DNA of 64,000 bases from NCBI RefSeq assembly GCF_009834535.1, contig NC_045707.1:56608001-56672000 (forward strand), written 5' to 3'. The DNA is from Camelus ferus. Taxonomy: Eukaryota. A model generated the notes under the pieces. The model was not told the origin of the DNA, did not search any database, and saw only the letters and a list, made by a program, of their open reading frames with translations. Position numbers and translations under genes: made by a program. Of the stretch, positions 1 through 12,875 are shown one piece after another; position 1 is the stretch's first letter, and every line of letters begins with the position of its first letter.

Positions 1-429
1 TTTACAACATAAACTTTTATGAGCACTTAGTAAAATACAGTGCTTGTTTCAGAGCCTGACAAAGAGTAGCCACTCAATAGCTGATAACTCTTTATCAGCT
101 ACATACTTATCATTAGGTCATTCGGATTACCAAATCCTGTTACCTCTCGTATTTTGTACTCTTTTTCTACCTCTGTGCTATTGACTGAATTGTGACTCCC
201 ATCATTCTCACTATGTTTACTGAAATAACCTCTTAAATACTAAGCATTTGGCTCTCTATCTCTGTTGAGGAATTATAAACTCCATGAGGAGTTTTCTAAT
301 TTATAGCTGGATTTTCATTTCCTGATACAGTACATTCTCACAGTAGACGCTCCACAAATATTTGCTGAATGTATGAATAGATTAAACTCTGCACACAAAG
401 AAAGTTTCAGAAAATCAAAATCTTGGTAT

Positions 430-885
430 TCTGCTTCTTTATAGTCCTCCAATGGCTCCCCATAGTGTTCAAAATAAAATTTAAGCCTCTTAGTTTAATC
501 TAGAAGTCCCCCATGATCTGACCCCTACCTCTGTAACTTCATCTATCACTCTCCTGTACATGTAACCCATCTTCCAGCAGTTTTCTGAATCTATTATGAT
601 TTACTGAAAGATGTTCTTTCCTGTGGAATAGCCTAATCCCTCTTCTTTACCTGGCCTAACTCCTACCTGTCTTTAAGGCTTAGATCAATAATTTCCTTCT
701 CCAGGACATCCACTTTGAAGTTCCAACATTAGCCAAATGTCATTCTTTTTATCTCCTAGCAAACTATACATAACCCTGCCACAACGATTATCAAACTACA
801 GCTCAGGTGCTACATTTTTCATTGCTATATGACTAGCAGCATCTAGCCTATAGTAGCTGCTTCATTATTATTATGTGAATGAACA
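430..885 (+). mobile_element. LINE-2 3' fragment (ancient)
   Basis: L2-like text cctccaatggctccccatag...ccatgatctgacccctacctc, ending in a tgaatgaa tail. A further L2 tail remnant lies at about 260-380. Confidence 0.65.
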
Positions 886-1954
886 GAAGCAAGATAGCAG
901 GTGTGGAGAAAATGTAGCTTTAAAATTCACTGCCATCAGTTTGATGGAATATCCCCGCTTAAGCCTGGAGATTTGTATTTCTTCTGTTACTGAAGTCTCA
1001 TTAGCATTTTCCCCCACTAAATGAACTAAATTGCCTTTCTTTGTTCTTAAAATAATTCTCAGTAGTGAGCTTAGTGTCATTCTATCCCCAGATGACTACT
1101 GTCCTAACCTTTCTTTGCTCTGAAGCCTGACTTCATTTTTTTTTTTTTTTGACTGGTGGGTGTATGTTTTATTCCTGAACAATCTCAAAAGACTTAGACT
1201 AGTCCAAATAAAGCTACGTTTGTACAATGCCAAACTATTCATTTGGTAGTGAGTAAATTATTTTGGCATCCTGAGCACAGAGTCAGTCTCAGCTTTTTCA
1301 ATAATAATGATATTTTGTTAGTATAAGTGCCTCCAGGAAAGAAGAGAAATCCAGCATCGATTTGACGAAACTAATGTTTAAGTGGATCCTGCTGCATTTG
1401 ATTTTCAATAGAAAGAAAAAAATGATAGTTATACAAAGCACCATGTGACTCCTGTGTGTACCACTGGCGCATCAGTTCAAGTAGCCCCAGGCAACTTTTT
1501 ACTTACTGTTTGATTTACTGTCTTTCTTAAAATGGAAACCAAATGCAGTCTAAACAATTTTAGGTCACCTAGGGCTTTTCCCTTTTTTGCAACTATAAGA
1601 CCAATTCCCTAAATCCATCACTATTTAGATGAAGAGTAACAAAAAGGCACATAATTCAGTAAAGAAAAGTACAGCAGAACATCACAAATAATCCACAAAG
1701 TGCAAAAAACCACAGTTTCCCATTTCTTAAGAGTAAACTGGAACTAACATTTCCATAAATACAGGTGATAATTTCAGAAGATGGGTGGACTTCATTTTGG
1801 AAATTGTTTTATCTTTTAGTTTTCTTTGTAATGTTGCCAAAGATTGAGCGTATGTTTTCATTATGTATTAATTCTTTACCCTACTGCACTAAATAGTAAT
1901 TGGCAAACTCATAATGCAACTTAAGATGAATAGGGGTTTTCTCATTGAAAACTG

Positions 1955-2030
1955 ACATCCTCTTATTCAGGTGAGAAAACTGAAGCCCAAGGAAGACACG
2001 TGACTAGGACAAAGTCACACAGCTGTGGAC
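1955..2030 (-). mobile_element. MIR SINE core fragment
   Basis: caggtgagaaaactgaagcccaag...aaagtcacacagct resembles the reverse-strand MIR core. Confidence 0.65.
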
Positions 2031-2036
2031 AAAGAA

Positions 2037-2466
2037 TGTCACCTGACATTTCAGTAAATAAAGGATGTTGTAGCCATAAAGCCATCAGCCATTGCAGCTG
2101 CCCAAGATGGTGCACCCTGTGGGAAATTCAGGATGGAGGAAAACAGGATACTGGCCCTAGAGTTAAGGTGCATATCAAAGGAATGATTTCAATAAGCTCA
2201 GAATCTTTCATCTTCCCATATATAGAAAAGCACTAAAATCATTAACTCAAGATATCTGTTTTTGTGATTAACAATAATCTTTAGATATTTGACTACTTTT
2301 TTTTCAGCAAAAACTCCTATATCCTGGCTCCTCCTTTATTTCTTTGGAACACTCCCTCAGAGCTCTCTGAGAGGGGGTATCCCGGACATAAGTCCTCAGT
2401 AAGTCAGCCAAATAAAACAGAATTCTTAGCTTTCAGGTTGTGCTTTTTATTTTTTTTCAGTTGACA
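2037..2466 (+). mobile_element. Solo LTR, probably ERV1 class
   Basis: 430 bp with TG...CA ends and a 9/10 terminal inverted repeat (tgtcacctga / tcagttgaca). TATA-like cctatat near 2315 and AATAAA at 2411-2416. No clean TSD seen. Confidence 0.7.
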
Positions 2467-2711
2467 ATGCTATCTCATTCAAGAACTAAACTAATACATC
2501 AATATACTTTTTATTCTACTTGTTCTTTTGGTGTTATCTTTCTGAATTCTTACTTATAACAGATTGTTTTAAAGGTAGCTATACATTTTTAAAGGAGTGA
2601 GAAACTTAGCTTAATGAAATTAGTTTTAAGAAGGACTTGTTTAAAACGTGAGAATTATTATCCAGTCCTAATTTCACTGAGCTCTCTTTTTTACTGTATT
2701 TTACATAAATG

Positions 2712-2785
2712 AAAAATTAATTAATATTAAATAAAATAATTAATTAAAATAAATATTAATTAATTAAAAATTAATATTAATTAAT
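2712..2785. repeat. Pure A/T low-complexity tract built from ttaa/aatatt units
   Basis: About 74 bp with no G or C. Confidence 0.85.
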
Positions 2786-5700
2786 ACTACTATGAAGATT
2801 GTAAGCCTTATTGAGAGGTTATTTTGGGATATATGCTATATATGCAAGATATATATTAGAAGTAAAATGCATTATTTATTTTTAATTTGTATCTATTTTA
2901 TTTTTACTTGATGTATTAGGAATTGCTTGGGAATACTCTAAAGCATTGTTCTGGATCTGCTTACAACATATTATTATGTTGTACTCAGTATCAAAAATAA
3001 AATAAATCTATATACAGAAACCAGGTATATTTATGCTCAGTCCAACTTTGCAATTCTAGCTAGATCAATATTCATGTAGTCGAGATACAAATATATCTGT
3101 ATAGTATTAAATAATGGCTGAGCTCCTTTCTCTTTAAATTAAATCCTTTGTACACATGTCAAGGTGCTATTTTATATATGAAATTCATACAGTTTGCTAT
3201 ATTTGTAAATACATGAAAAGAGCTTGTGAAGTTTTATTTATAAAATTATGGTCTAGATGAACAGGAATACAAATACTCTTGTATATGTCAAAATAAAAAT
3301 AGCACATAGGTAAGTATTTATATGTGTAATTCTTTTAAGATCTTGTTCATTTAATATTGCCTAATTTTCTTTTACTTTTTAATGTGTATCTACCTCTTTT
3401 AAGATGTCATTGTTGAAGAACAATTTCTCATTGTTCAAAGCATTTCACAGCTCTTACTAATTAAATTTTTGTAACAACACTATGAGGAATAGATATTTAT
3501 AATTTTTATTAGGGAAGAAATAAAAAAGTAGAAATACATATTTTTTAAATATATGTTTTCCCAGTTAAATAGGTGTCAAATGTCAAAATAGGTGGGGCAG
3601 GACTCAGGTTTCTTGAGTTTTTGTTTTACTAAAGGTCATACTGAAACCTCATCTCTTTCTCTAGTGGAAACAGAGAACTGTGTTTAGATTAACTTTGATA
3701 GCTACACATTCTCAGATGAACTGTTTATTAATTAACTGTAAATGACAACTAGCATTTTAAGTTTATTTCATTGTGTGTGTATGCACGTTTGTTTTGATTG
3801 GGGAAAGAAGGATCTTTACAGTAGGGAAGGTGAGAATGTTCCTGATCTTGAGAGAAAAATAAAGACATGATCAAGAAACAAACTGTGGACAAATGGGAAA
3901 AGATAGCACTGAGGAAGAAACCAGCCTAAAAAAAAATCCCTGAATCAGTCAAATATGCTTTGGGTTGTAAGTAACAGAAACCCAGCTCTACCTGGCTTAA
4001 GCAAGAAGATTTCTTTTTACAAAATATCCTAGAGACAGATCTAGTTTCAGGCCAGCTAAATTCAGTTTTGACATTTCTGATGTCATCAAGATGTTTCTCT
4101 CTCCATCTCTTGGTTCTGTTCTTGGTGGTGTTTTACAAGCGTGCCACTTAGCAGTGAGATCTGTAAAAGAAGTGTAGATTTAGGTATCATCATGGGATCA
4201 GTGTTGACTGTATCCTGAAGAAAGGATGAAATCACCCAGGAGAGGGTCCTAGATTGAGAAGAGAAGAGGAGCTTGAAGAGAATCCTGAAAAACATTAGCA
4301 TTTCAGAACAAGGAAAAATACCCAACAAGGAGACTGAGAAAGAATCACCTGAGAATAAAGCATACTAGGAACACAGAGGCCATGTGAAAGGTTGAGTGTG
4401 CCATCAATGTACATTTTCTGGCTATCCGATTTACGATTTCTCCTTTTTTCTAGAAATAGTCTCTCTACTCAGGTATGGCCATCAGGATTCTATGCGTTGA
4501 TGATTCCTGGCTGCTGTTGAATGCTTCGGGGGAGTCCAATTGAACAAGCTGGCCCTGGTAAATTCTTGTTTCTAATAAACTGAAATTTAGAACTCAAAGA
4601 CATAGATACCACACATGGCAGGCTGAGTAGAAGCAAACAAGTAAAACAAATTCAATAAAAACAAAGCCAGGGACAAGTCAGAAAGTCGAGGAGTTTAAAG
4701 GGTCTCAGTATGGAAAGAAGCACCTGCTGGGGAAGGTTGAGGAGAAAAAAGCGTAGGGATTGGGAAAGCTTTTGTTTTGTTTTTAAGCTGTAAAAGACTT
4801 GAGTATGTTTTAATATATTTGCCTCCCCATTCTCATCAAATAAACTTGCTTCCTGAATCACAGAGAAAATAAAACTCAGTAGGTAGAAAATTCCTCAATT
4901 TTTTGCCACTAAGGCTGGAACTGTCAGCATCTGTGTTCATTCCTTTGTCTTTCTCTGCACTGTGTCACAATGGAAAAAGTGTCTCTGTGGTAATTTATCG
5001 TACCATAATATTATAAGCAGGATCCAAAAATTAAATTACCTAATACGTGGGGGTCACTTTACTGTCAGATTAATGAAATGAAGTGTAAGCCTGCACAGCT
5101 ACCATCTGGAGTTCCAGGGATCTGTCTGCAAGATCCAAATCCAACTTGTTCTGGCTGTTGTTGGGTACTGATAGCTGCTCTCCACTCTGGCTTAAATATG
5201 CATGAAGATGATTCTAGGACTGAAGCTGGCTGTGACTTCCAGGATAGCACTAAAAATTCCAATATTCCTAGTTATTTTGCCCTTGAGGGGTTGGGACTGA
5301 AAAATACTGAAAACACAAAAATCTGCAGTGCCTGCAGTTTCCCTGCCTTACTCCAGTGCCCTTCCATATATTTCTCTTCCCCTCAGGAAACAAAAGCTTT
5401 GATCTGCTCCAGTTTGACGATGGGAGCTGGATGGAGGACAGAAGCCTATTGCCAAGTTTCACTGCATGGCAAGTTTCTCCTGTTTTTGCAAGCATATTCT
5501 CTAGGATTATTGTATTCTCGATGCCAGGCATAGTGCCCAGTACATAGTAGGATCTCAACACAATTTTGCAGGATATGTGAAAGGATGGATAAATGAATGG
5601 AACAGGTAGATGATTTACGTGAGCTGGGAGAGGCCAGGACCCAGAGTACAAGAGGAAGGAGGCAATTTCAGGAAGAGGAACTCATTTTTCCTACTGAAAA

Positions 5701-6568
5701 CTTCCTGTTTTTCAGGGAAGGGAGCAATATGAATTCTGCCTCACACACTACAAAGTAAAAAGAAAATCAGATAATAGATATTTGATGTTCTTTTAAATTC
5801 TCAGAATAGTGTTCTATGTGAATAAAGAATAATAAAAACTGGGAAAATCTTTATATGTTTACCTTGAATTTTCATTCCTACTGAATTAATTGAAGTAGTT
5901 TGATACAATTTTCTTATTTAGGAACAACCAGCATTATTAAAGTAAGTTATCATGGTTTTAACAGCTGCAAGTTTTATACTAAGCATAGCTATTAAAGCAA
6001 TGTATCTTGGGTGTGGAAACAAACTGCCTTACTTACATTGCTACAATTAAAATGTGGCTCTGTTTGATCAACACCTTTGGATTTTTTTTCTAAGGAAAAA
6101 TATGTATACACATGCTTATAAAATTCTAGTGTTGGCTTTCTATACCTTTTTCCTTTAAAACAGGCAGAAAACAATTCCTATTGGCTAATTCTCTTGGAAA
6201 ATTAATCTAAGCCTGGCAGAAGCAACTATCTAGGATGGGCTTTATTTTTATTGTATGTCTAATAGGTTACCTTGGTCCTGATTTTTTTTCACACTGTCTG
6301 GCTTGATCTCTCCTATTATTTCTAAACCATCGTGGAACATTCTATCTATTTGATAGGTCCTTTCTGATGAATAAAAAAAAAGCAAATTCCATAGAAATCT
6401 TTTTTTCAAATTGCAAAGGGTTGGGGAATCCTTTAGTATATAGGGAAGTAGCTATAAAGAAACATAACTTTGTTACTTTAATTGCACTTGGCCTCCACGC
6501 TTAGAGCAGAAACCAAAGTTATGGTCGGTAATGTGGTTTCCATAGGGCACCTGTCAGGGATAGTTTAC

Positions 6569-7057
6569 AGTGATGGTTAATTTTGTGTCAACTTAACTGA
6601 GCTAAGGGATGTCCAGATAGCTGGTAAAATACTGTTTCTGATTATGTTTGTGAGCATGTTTTTTGGAACTAATTAGCATTTGAATCAATGGACTTAGTAG
6701 AGAAGACCCGCCTCACCTCCAAGGGCGAGCATCATCAATTCCTTGTGGATCTGAATAAAACAAAAGGGCAAGGTGGAGGAAAGGCGAATTCTCTCCCCTC
6801 TCTTTTGAGCTGCCCTCAGGCATCAGAGCTCCCTGTACTCAGGCTTAAGGACTCATATTTGATCTGCTGGTTCCTGGCCTTTTAGATTAGACTGAATTAC
6901 ATTACCAGGCTTCCTTGTTCTCCAGCTTACAGACAGCAGGTTATAGGACATCTTAGTTCCCATAACAGCCTGAGCCATCCTATAATAAATCTCCTCTTAT
7001 ATGTATATCTGTATGTAGTCAATTAGTTCTGCTTCTCTGGAGAACCCTGACTAATAC
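6569..7057 (+). mobile_element. MLT2-family (ERVL) solo LTR
   Basis: Starts gtgatggttaattttgtgtcaactt...ccagatagctggtaaaa and ends tctctggagaaccctgactaatac, the typical MLT2 termini. Confidence 0.9.
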
Positions 7058-7176
7058 CTTTTCCTTTATATTGGAGAAAAAAGATTGTGATAAGGAGAGA
7101 AATTTGTAGTTAAAAAATTATATTTAATATGATTTTAAGTGGGGCTTTTCGATGCCCTAAATTTAGCCGAGGTTTC

Positions 7177-7960
7177 TGTGATTATAACTGGCACTGTCTA
7201 TCAGTGATTCCGGTTCTTGTTCCAGGCACAGGGTAGGATTTCATCTCCTTGCCTTCTTGATGCTAGTCATGAACATTTGACTTCCTTTGGCAAGTGAAGT
7301 GTGAGCAGAAGAGACGTGTCACCTGACAGTGGGAGTTTTTGAGGACCAATGTATCATTTGCCGTGTTCTTTTCTTCCAGTTGTGGCAAACTACAACATTT
7401 CAGGAGGTGGAGTCTCCAGCAGCCTACAATCCTAAAAGGATGAAGTAGACCAAAAATCCCCTGCTGAACTAAGACGGACAAGTAACATGAGTGAAAAAAA
7501 AATCTGGTTTTAAAAAATTCTTATTTGGGGATTCATAAAAAAAGGAAAAAAACAGCTTATTTTTACTAATACAGGAATTGATCATGAGTAGTAGGGGCCC
7601 TCCACAGAAACTAAAAGGTAATATATGATGTTGGCCTAGCAGCTGGTGGCTAAGAAGGCAATCCATGTTACGTGCTGACAATTCATGTTATTCTGTAGCA
7701 AAATATTTCATAAATCTGTCTCTTGAGGAAACTTGGGAGGCAGATCATGTACACATAGAATTCTCAGCTTTAGGGGAAGAAGTCAGAGAACAGAATGCCA
7801 ATGTGTATGTTGGTTGTTATTGACTGCATATGCCCAGGAATTGCGGAAAGAGATAAGCTCAAAAAAAGAATATGCCAGGCCTGCAAGTAAAAAACTACAG
7901 GACTAGATATTAAGATACTGGCAGAGACAACTATTTTTAGAAACTGAACAATGCAGATAA
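7177..7960 (+). mobile_element. MLT1 (MaLR) LTR (7177-7573) followed by MLT1 internal sequence
   Basis: gaagtgtgagcagaagagacgtgtcac motif and actaataca end. It is followed by ggaattgatcatgagtagtagggg, resembling the start of MaLR internal sequence. Confidence 0.65.
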
Positions 7961-8009
7961 CACTGAAAAACACTGTAAGCAACAAAGATATACTTACACA
8001 TATAAAACT

Positions 8010-8640
8010 CCATCTAACCACTCCACATCAATCAAAATAGCTAAAATCCAAAAACACTGGCAACATCAAATTCTGGTGATGATGCGGAGCAACAGAAACT
8101 CTCATTCATTTCTGGTGGAAATGCAAAATGGTACTGCGACTTTGGAAGACAGTTTGACAATTTCTTACAAAACTAAGTATAGTTTTACAATATGAGTAAT
8201 CAATTCCACTCATATGCATGCACATCCCAAAAGGAGATGAAAAATTATGTCCACACAAAAACCTGCACATGAATATTTACAGCAGTATTCTCATAATTTC
8301 CCTAAATTGGATGCAACCAAGATGTCCTTCAGTTGTACAACTTAAACTTGTACAATGATATATGTCAATTATTTCTCAATAAAAATGGAAAAACAGATGT
8401 CCATCAATAGGCGAATGGATGAACAAATTGTGGTACATCGAAATAGTGAGGTATTATTCAATGATAAAAATAAATGAACTATTAAGCCAGGAAAAGTCAT
8501 GGAGAAACCTTAGATGTATTTTGCTAAGTGAAAGAAGGAAGTTAAAAAGGCTACAGACTGTTATGATTCCAACTATACAACATTTTGGAAAAAGCAAAAC
8601 TATGGAGACAGTAAAACATCAGTGGTTGCCAGGGGTTCAG
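8010..8640 (+). mobile_element. L1MC-like LINE-1 ORF2 end and 3' UTR fragment
   Basis: aaaatccaaaaacactggcaacatcaaa...ggagcaacagaaactctcattc. ORF 8419-8724 begins MNKLWYI, an L1 ORF2 C-terminal motif. Confidence 0.85.
8332..8394 (+). mobile_element. 63-bp severely 5'-truncated L1 3' terminus nested in the older L1
   Basis: tatgtcaattatttctcaataaaaatggaaaaa is an L1MA-type terminus. TSD agatgtcc(t/a)tca at 8320-8331 and 8395-8406. Confidence 0.8.
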
Positions 8641-8984
8641 TACGCCCCAATTCCCCAAAACACACCTGAAAGTAAGCCAGATACTAAGATGTGGAACCAG
8701 CATAATCATTTCAGTTTTGACTAGAACTTTCTGTTGATATTTGAGTAGCCTTGAAGAAGGATGAAGTTCAGCAATTGGCTTGTTTCTCATTCTCAGCAAG
8801 GCCAAGGAAATACTAGTTGAAACAAGAATGAGAATCTACAAGTTGTGTATAAATAATTTGCATACTTATGAATTCTAACTCCATGTGAACTTTGGGGCTC
8901 TCCAGGTAAATATTTATCTTCTTACTATTCTATTGTTTTTGAGAACAAATAGTTACCTTTTGGAATGTGCATTGCATGAGTGTA

Positions 8985-9008
8985 TGTGTGTGTGTGTGTG
9001 TGTGTGTG
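8985..9008. repeat. (TG)12 microsatellite
   Basis: Direct reading. Confidence 0.95.
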
Positions 9009-9125
9009 TTGTTAAGTGTATTTAACCCAGAGCTGCACAATTGTAAAACTAAGAAATCTAAGCAGATTACACTTGTGAGAGACCTGGAAGAAAAACAGTA
9101 GGGTTATCAAAGTGTGAGTGGACAC

Positions 9126-9330
9126 TGTAGTATGATGGGAAGAACCGGGGCTTTGAGGTCAGGCAGATTTAGATCTAATTCAAGTTTTACTAGCAAGGAC
9201 CCTGAAGAATTTTTGTTAACCTCTGTGAGTTTTGATTTGCAAGTGGGATTAATGATTTATACCACACAGCATTATTGTGATGATTAAATGAGATGATAAT
9301 GTAAAGGGTTTGGGTCATAGTAGGAGCTAT
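9126..9330 (+). mobile_element. MIR SINE
   Basis: ggctttgaggtcaggcagatt...ttaacctctgtgag...ttgtgatgattaaatgagat. Confidence 0.75.
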
Positions 9331-10957
9331 GTTAACTAGTGTCATTCTGCTGATACTTAGAAACCACTAAATAAATAGTGGGTCAAATGAGAAGGTAAGT
9401 TGAGAGAGACATGATCTTGGTCAGGGTGCCATAGAAATCTTGGTCCGAGCTCTTTATAATCCTTTTGTACAAATAAGTATGTTTTCTTTATATTCAGTCT
9501 TAATTATTAAATATTTACTGAGAAATTACTTTAAGTCCTATGCTAGATTAAGCTACACTCATTTTAGAATATATAAATCTTTTTTTCAAGATGCTGAGAA
9601 GGGATTTCAGAGAGTGATTATTTATATATTCAACAGAACAAACATAGAAAACAGTGTCACAAAGTGAAAACTAATCGGCAAGTGAGGTCAGATTACTATG
9701 ATGTGGGAATGTTGGCAAAATTCAAGTGGAAAATGAAGGATTTTATCTGGGTCTTAAAAGAGGAAAACGTTTAAATAAATGAATATGTGGAATCAGAACA
9801 TGGGAGAGGAGTGGGCAACTGATGTTGAGTGTTTACTATATTTCAGGCACTATCTACATATATCACAAGGTGTAGATAAGATAGGGCCTGATACAGTGTT
9901 TGCATACAAATGGATGGATGGTTAGAGAGAGGGGGAATGAGAGAGAAATAGACATAGACGTATATATATCTTCATTTCAACTCTTCAAAGTAGCTATTAT
10001 TAAGTCAGTTTTGAAGACAAAAGATATTGAGAATTACTCCACTGAGAAACTTGTCTGAGTTCTTATAGCCAAGAGGCAGAGAAGTGGGTTTACCAGCACA
10101 ATTCTGACTCACAAAATTCTAATACAGCATGATACATCTTGCATATTAGAATTTTTTTTTTTTGAAGAGAGGAAGTAAAGTATAAAGCTAGACAGGTTAA
10201 AGTCAAGTTATTCACTTAGATAATTTCTGCTCTCCCAAATTCACAAAGATTTCTGTATAGATCAAGAGTAAGACTGGACCGTCAAGTTGGAGAGAGGGAA
10301 AAATATGAAGATGTGTAAGTCTTACGATGAAATACTATTCAATTTTTTATTTGTATTTTTACCTTGTAAGTTCACAAATAAATTCTTGAAGTCACTAATA
10401 TTTGTTTTCTTTTATAACATTTCTTTTTATAAAACTTTACTCATTAAGAATTCCTCTGAATTTCATAGGTATTTTCTGGGTAAATGTGTTTGAAAGTCAT
10501 GAGTTGACTTCAGCAGGCAGGGTGGTGGAATTAGATTGTATTGCATTACTAAAAATAGAATTTGGTAATTTTTCATCTTAATAAATTTAAATTTGTTTAG
10601 ATTACAAGGATTTTCTTTTTTGTTCTGGATGTAGTATGACTTATATAGTATTTATAATACAATTTTGTCATCATATTATATAATATTGAGGTATAGAGAA
10701 CTACACAGAACCGTTAATAATGAGCAATTTTTGTTTTGTCTGTCAGCATTTATTGGAACTTACCAAGGTCAGTAAAAAGAATTATCATAATTTATTCTTA
10801 CAGTGCTCACTTTATGCATGGCTTTAATTTCTATAATCTTTAATTAGATGTCTTCAAAGGTAATTGAGTATATATAGGTTGAGGAAATAGTTACTGATAT
10901 TCTACATCAGAAGTAAGTTATTTTATTAGTTTTAAATTTTTAAGTTTTATTATTCCT

Positions 10958-11080
10958 TTGTGGGGGAGGTGATTAGGTTTACTTATTTATTTATTTTTAG
11001 AGGAGGTACAGGGGATTGAACCCAGGAGCTTGTGTATACTAAGCATGCACTCTACCACTTAAGCTATATACCCTTCCCCC
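10958..11080 (-). mobile_element. tRNA-derived SINE, camelid vic-1 type
   Basis: Minus strand reads ggggaagggtatatagcttaagtggtagagtgcatgcttag...gggttcaatcccctgtacctcc (Pol III A and B boxes), then (aaat)n and aacctaatcacctccccc. Confidence 0.85.
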
Positions 11081-11667
11081 TTAGTTTTTGAGTTTTATAC
11101 ATATGGTTTGCTTCTACAGTTATTTAACATCATCAATCAACATTGCTAAAAAATTCTGTTGGAATTGCCTTTTTATTCTCTTGAGGGAGAGTTTTTTGAC
11201 AATCAAATTAATTTTCTACAAGACGCTATGTGACATATTCATTGTCTTTCACCCCAGGCTTACATAAGACTTGCTAAACAATCACTGGATTCTTTTCTAA
11301 AGCTTAGAATATTATTTTTATGTGAATTTATTATTTATTCTTTAAGTTTATGGTTAAAAATGTACGTTTATTAGGATTTTCCTAACAGTTGGCCAACTGT
11401 CTTATGTCATATGTATTACAGTTTTAAACTTGTCATAATATTTACTGTCTTTTGGCGTTTTGTGTAAAAAATGTAAAACATATTCATTGCATATAATATT
11501 TATAATATACGTGCAAATAAAGAAGAAAATAAGTTACCCATAATTCTATTACCCAGGGGTAACTATCATTAATCTTTAGATGTATTTTGAGAGAAAGATA
11601 AAATAGATACACAGATGAAAAAATTACAATAGGAATTTTAATTTTCTTGGTGAAGTTACATTCAGAC

Positions 11668-11985
11668 ACACATTTCTCAAAAGAAGATGTATAAATGGCC
11701 AAAGGGTGCATGAAAAGGTGCTGAACACCTCTAATCATCAGGGAAATGCAAATCAGCACCACACAACCACACAATGAGATGTCACCTCACACGTGTTAGA
11801 ATGGCTATTATTCAAAAACAAAACAAAACAAAAAAACAACCAAGAGAAAACAAGTATTGGTGACTTTGTAGAGAAATTAGAAAATTTGTATACTGTTGGT
11901 GGAAACGTGAAGTGGAAACGTGAAATGGTCAGTCACTGTGTAAACCAGTGGGGAGTATTGTCAAAACGTTACAAACAGAACTATC
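11668..11985 (+). mobile_element. LINE-1 ORF2 C-terminal fragment
   Basis: acatttctcaaaagaagatgtataaatggcc...atcatcagggaaatgcaaatc. Confidence 0.85.
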
Positions 11986-12875
11986 ACACAGCCACTTCTA
12001 AGTGTCTAATCTGCCAGCAGCAAAGACCAACACTGAGTTCCCAGTATGGCACCATTCTCCAGGGTAATCAGCCAGGAACCTGGTGGCAGGTTTATTACAC
12101 TGTATTGCCCCCATCATGGACTAGGCAGGGCTTTATTCTTACTGGAACAGATACTTACTTTGGATATGAATTTGCCTTCCCTGCACATAATGCTTCTGTC
12201 ATAACTATCATCTAAGGATATGCTGAATGCCTTAGCCATGGTCATAGTATTCCACACATAGTCCTTATAGTCAAAAAACTCACTTTACAACAAAGTGCGG
12301 CAGTGGCATCAGGCCAATGGAATTCATTGGTCTTACCATGTTTCCCACCATTCTGAAGCGACTGGCTTGATAGAATAGCAGAGTAGTCTTTTGAAGACTT
12401 AGTTATAGTGCCAGGTAAGTAGTAATATTGTGTAAGGCTGGGGCAATATTCTCCAGAAGGCTATATATGCTCTGAATCAGCATCCAATATATGGTTCTGT
12501 TTTCCACAAAGCCATAATTCATGAGTCCAGAAATCAAGAGGTGGAAATAGAAGTTGCACCATCCACAATTACCTTGAGTTGTAAAATTTGGGGTTCCTTA
12601 TACCTCTGAATCAATAGGCAATGAGAGAAGTTACTATACTGGCTGGGGTGATCTTGATTACCAAGAGGAATTTGGACTGCTACTACACAGTGAAGGTAAG
12701 GAAAGTATGTTTGGAATATAAGACATCCCTTAAGGATTTCTCTTACTACTACCATGACCTATCATTAAAGTCAATGGAACACCACAATAACCCAGTTTTG
12801 GCAGGAGTATTAATTGGCCAGACCCTTCAGGAATAAATGTTTGGGTTAGCCACCAGGCAAAGAATCATGAGCTAT
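11986..12875 (+). mobile_element. ERVL internal remnant: decayed integrase core and dUTPase
   Basis: ORF 11793-12215 contains CLICQQQRPTLSSQYGTILQGNQPGTWWQVYY...FILTGTDTYFGYEFAFPAHNAS, closely resembling HERV-L integrase. ORF 12621 (EVTILAGVI) resembles the downstream ERVL dUTPase. Stops and deletions are present. Confidence 0.9.

Noticed and set aside
3257..3309. Plus-strand exon candidate ending TAG|gtaagt
   Set aside because: Strong donor but no polypyrimidine tract, no recognisable peptide and no partner exons.
5078..5533. Longest ORF in the window (151 aa) and overlapping antisense ORFs
   Set aside because: No recognisable domain, Cys/Ser/Leu-rich composition typical of non-coding frames, and it ends in an L2-like tail.
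6480..6500. aattgcactt resembling a miR-92/367 family 5' end
   Set aside because: Only the seed region matches and there is no precursor hairpin.
11000..11080. tRNA gene (also at 62090-62164)
   Set aside because: A and B boxes are present, but there is no intact acceptor stem, and the SINE tail and TSD context show these are SINE heads.
11793..12215. 140-aa ORF as a functional integrase gene
   Set aside because: Chance fusion of out-of-frame L1 DNA to a truncated ERVL integrase with the first catalytic Asp lost.
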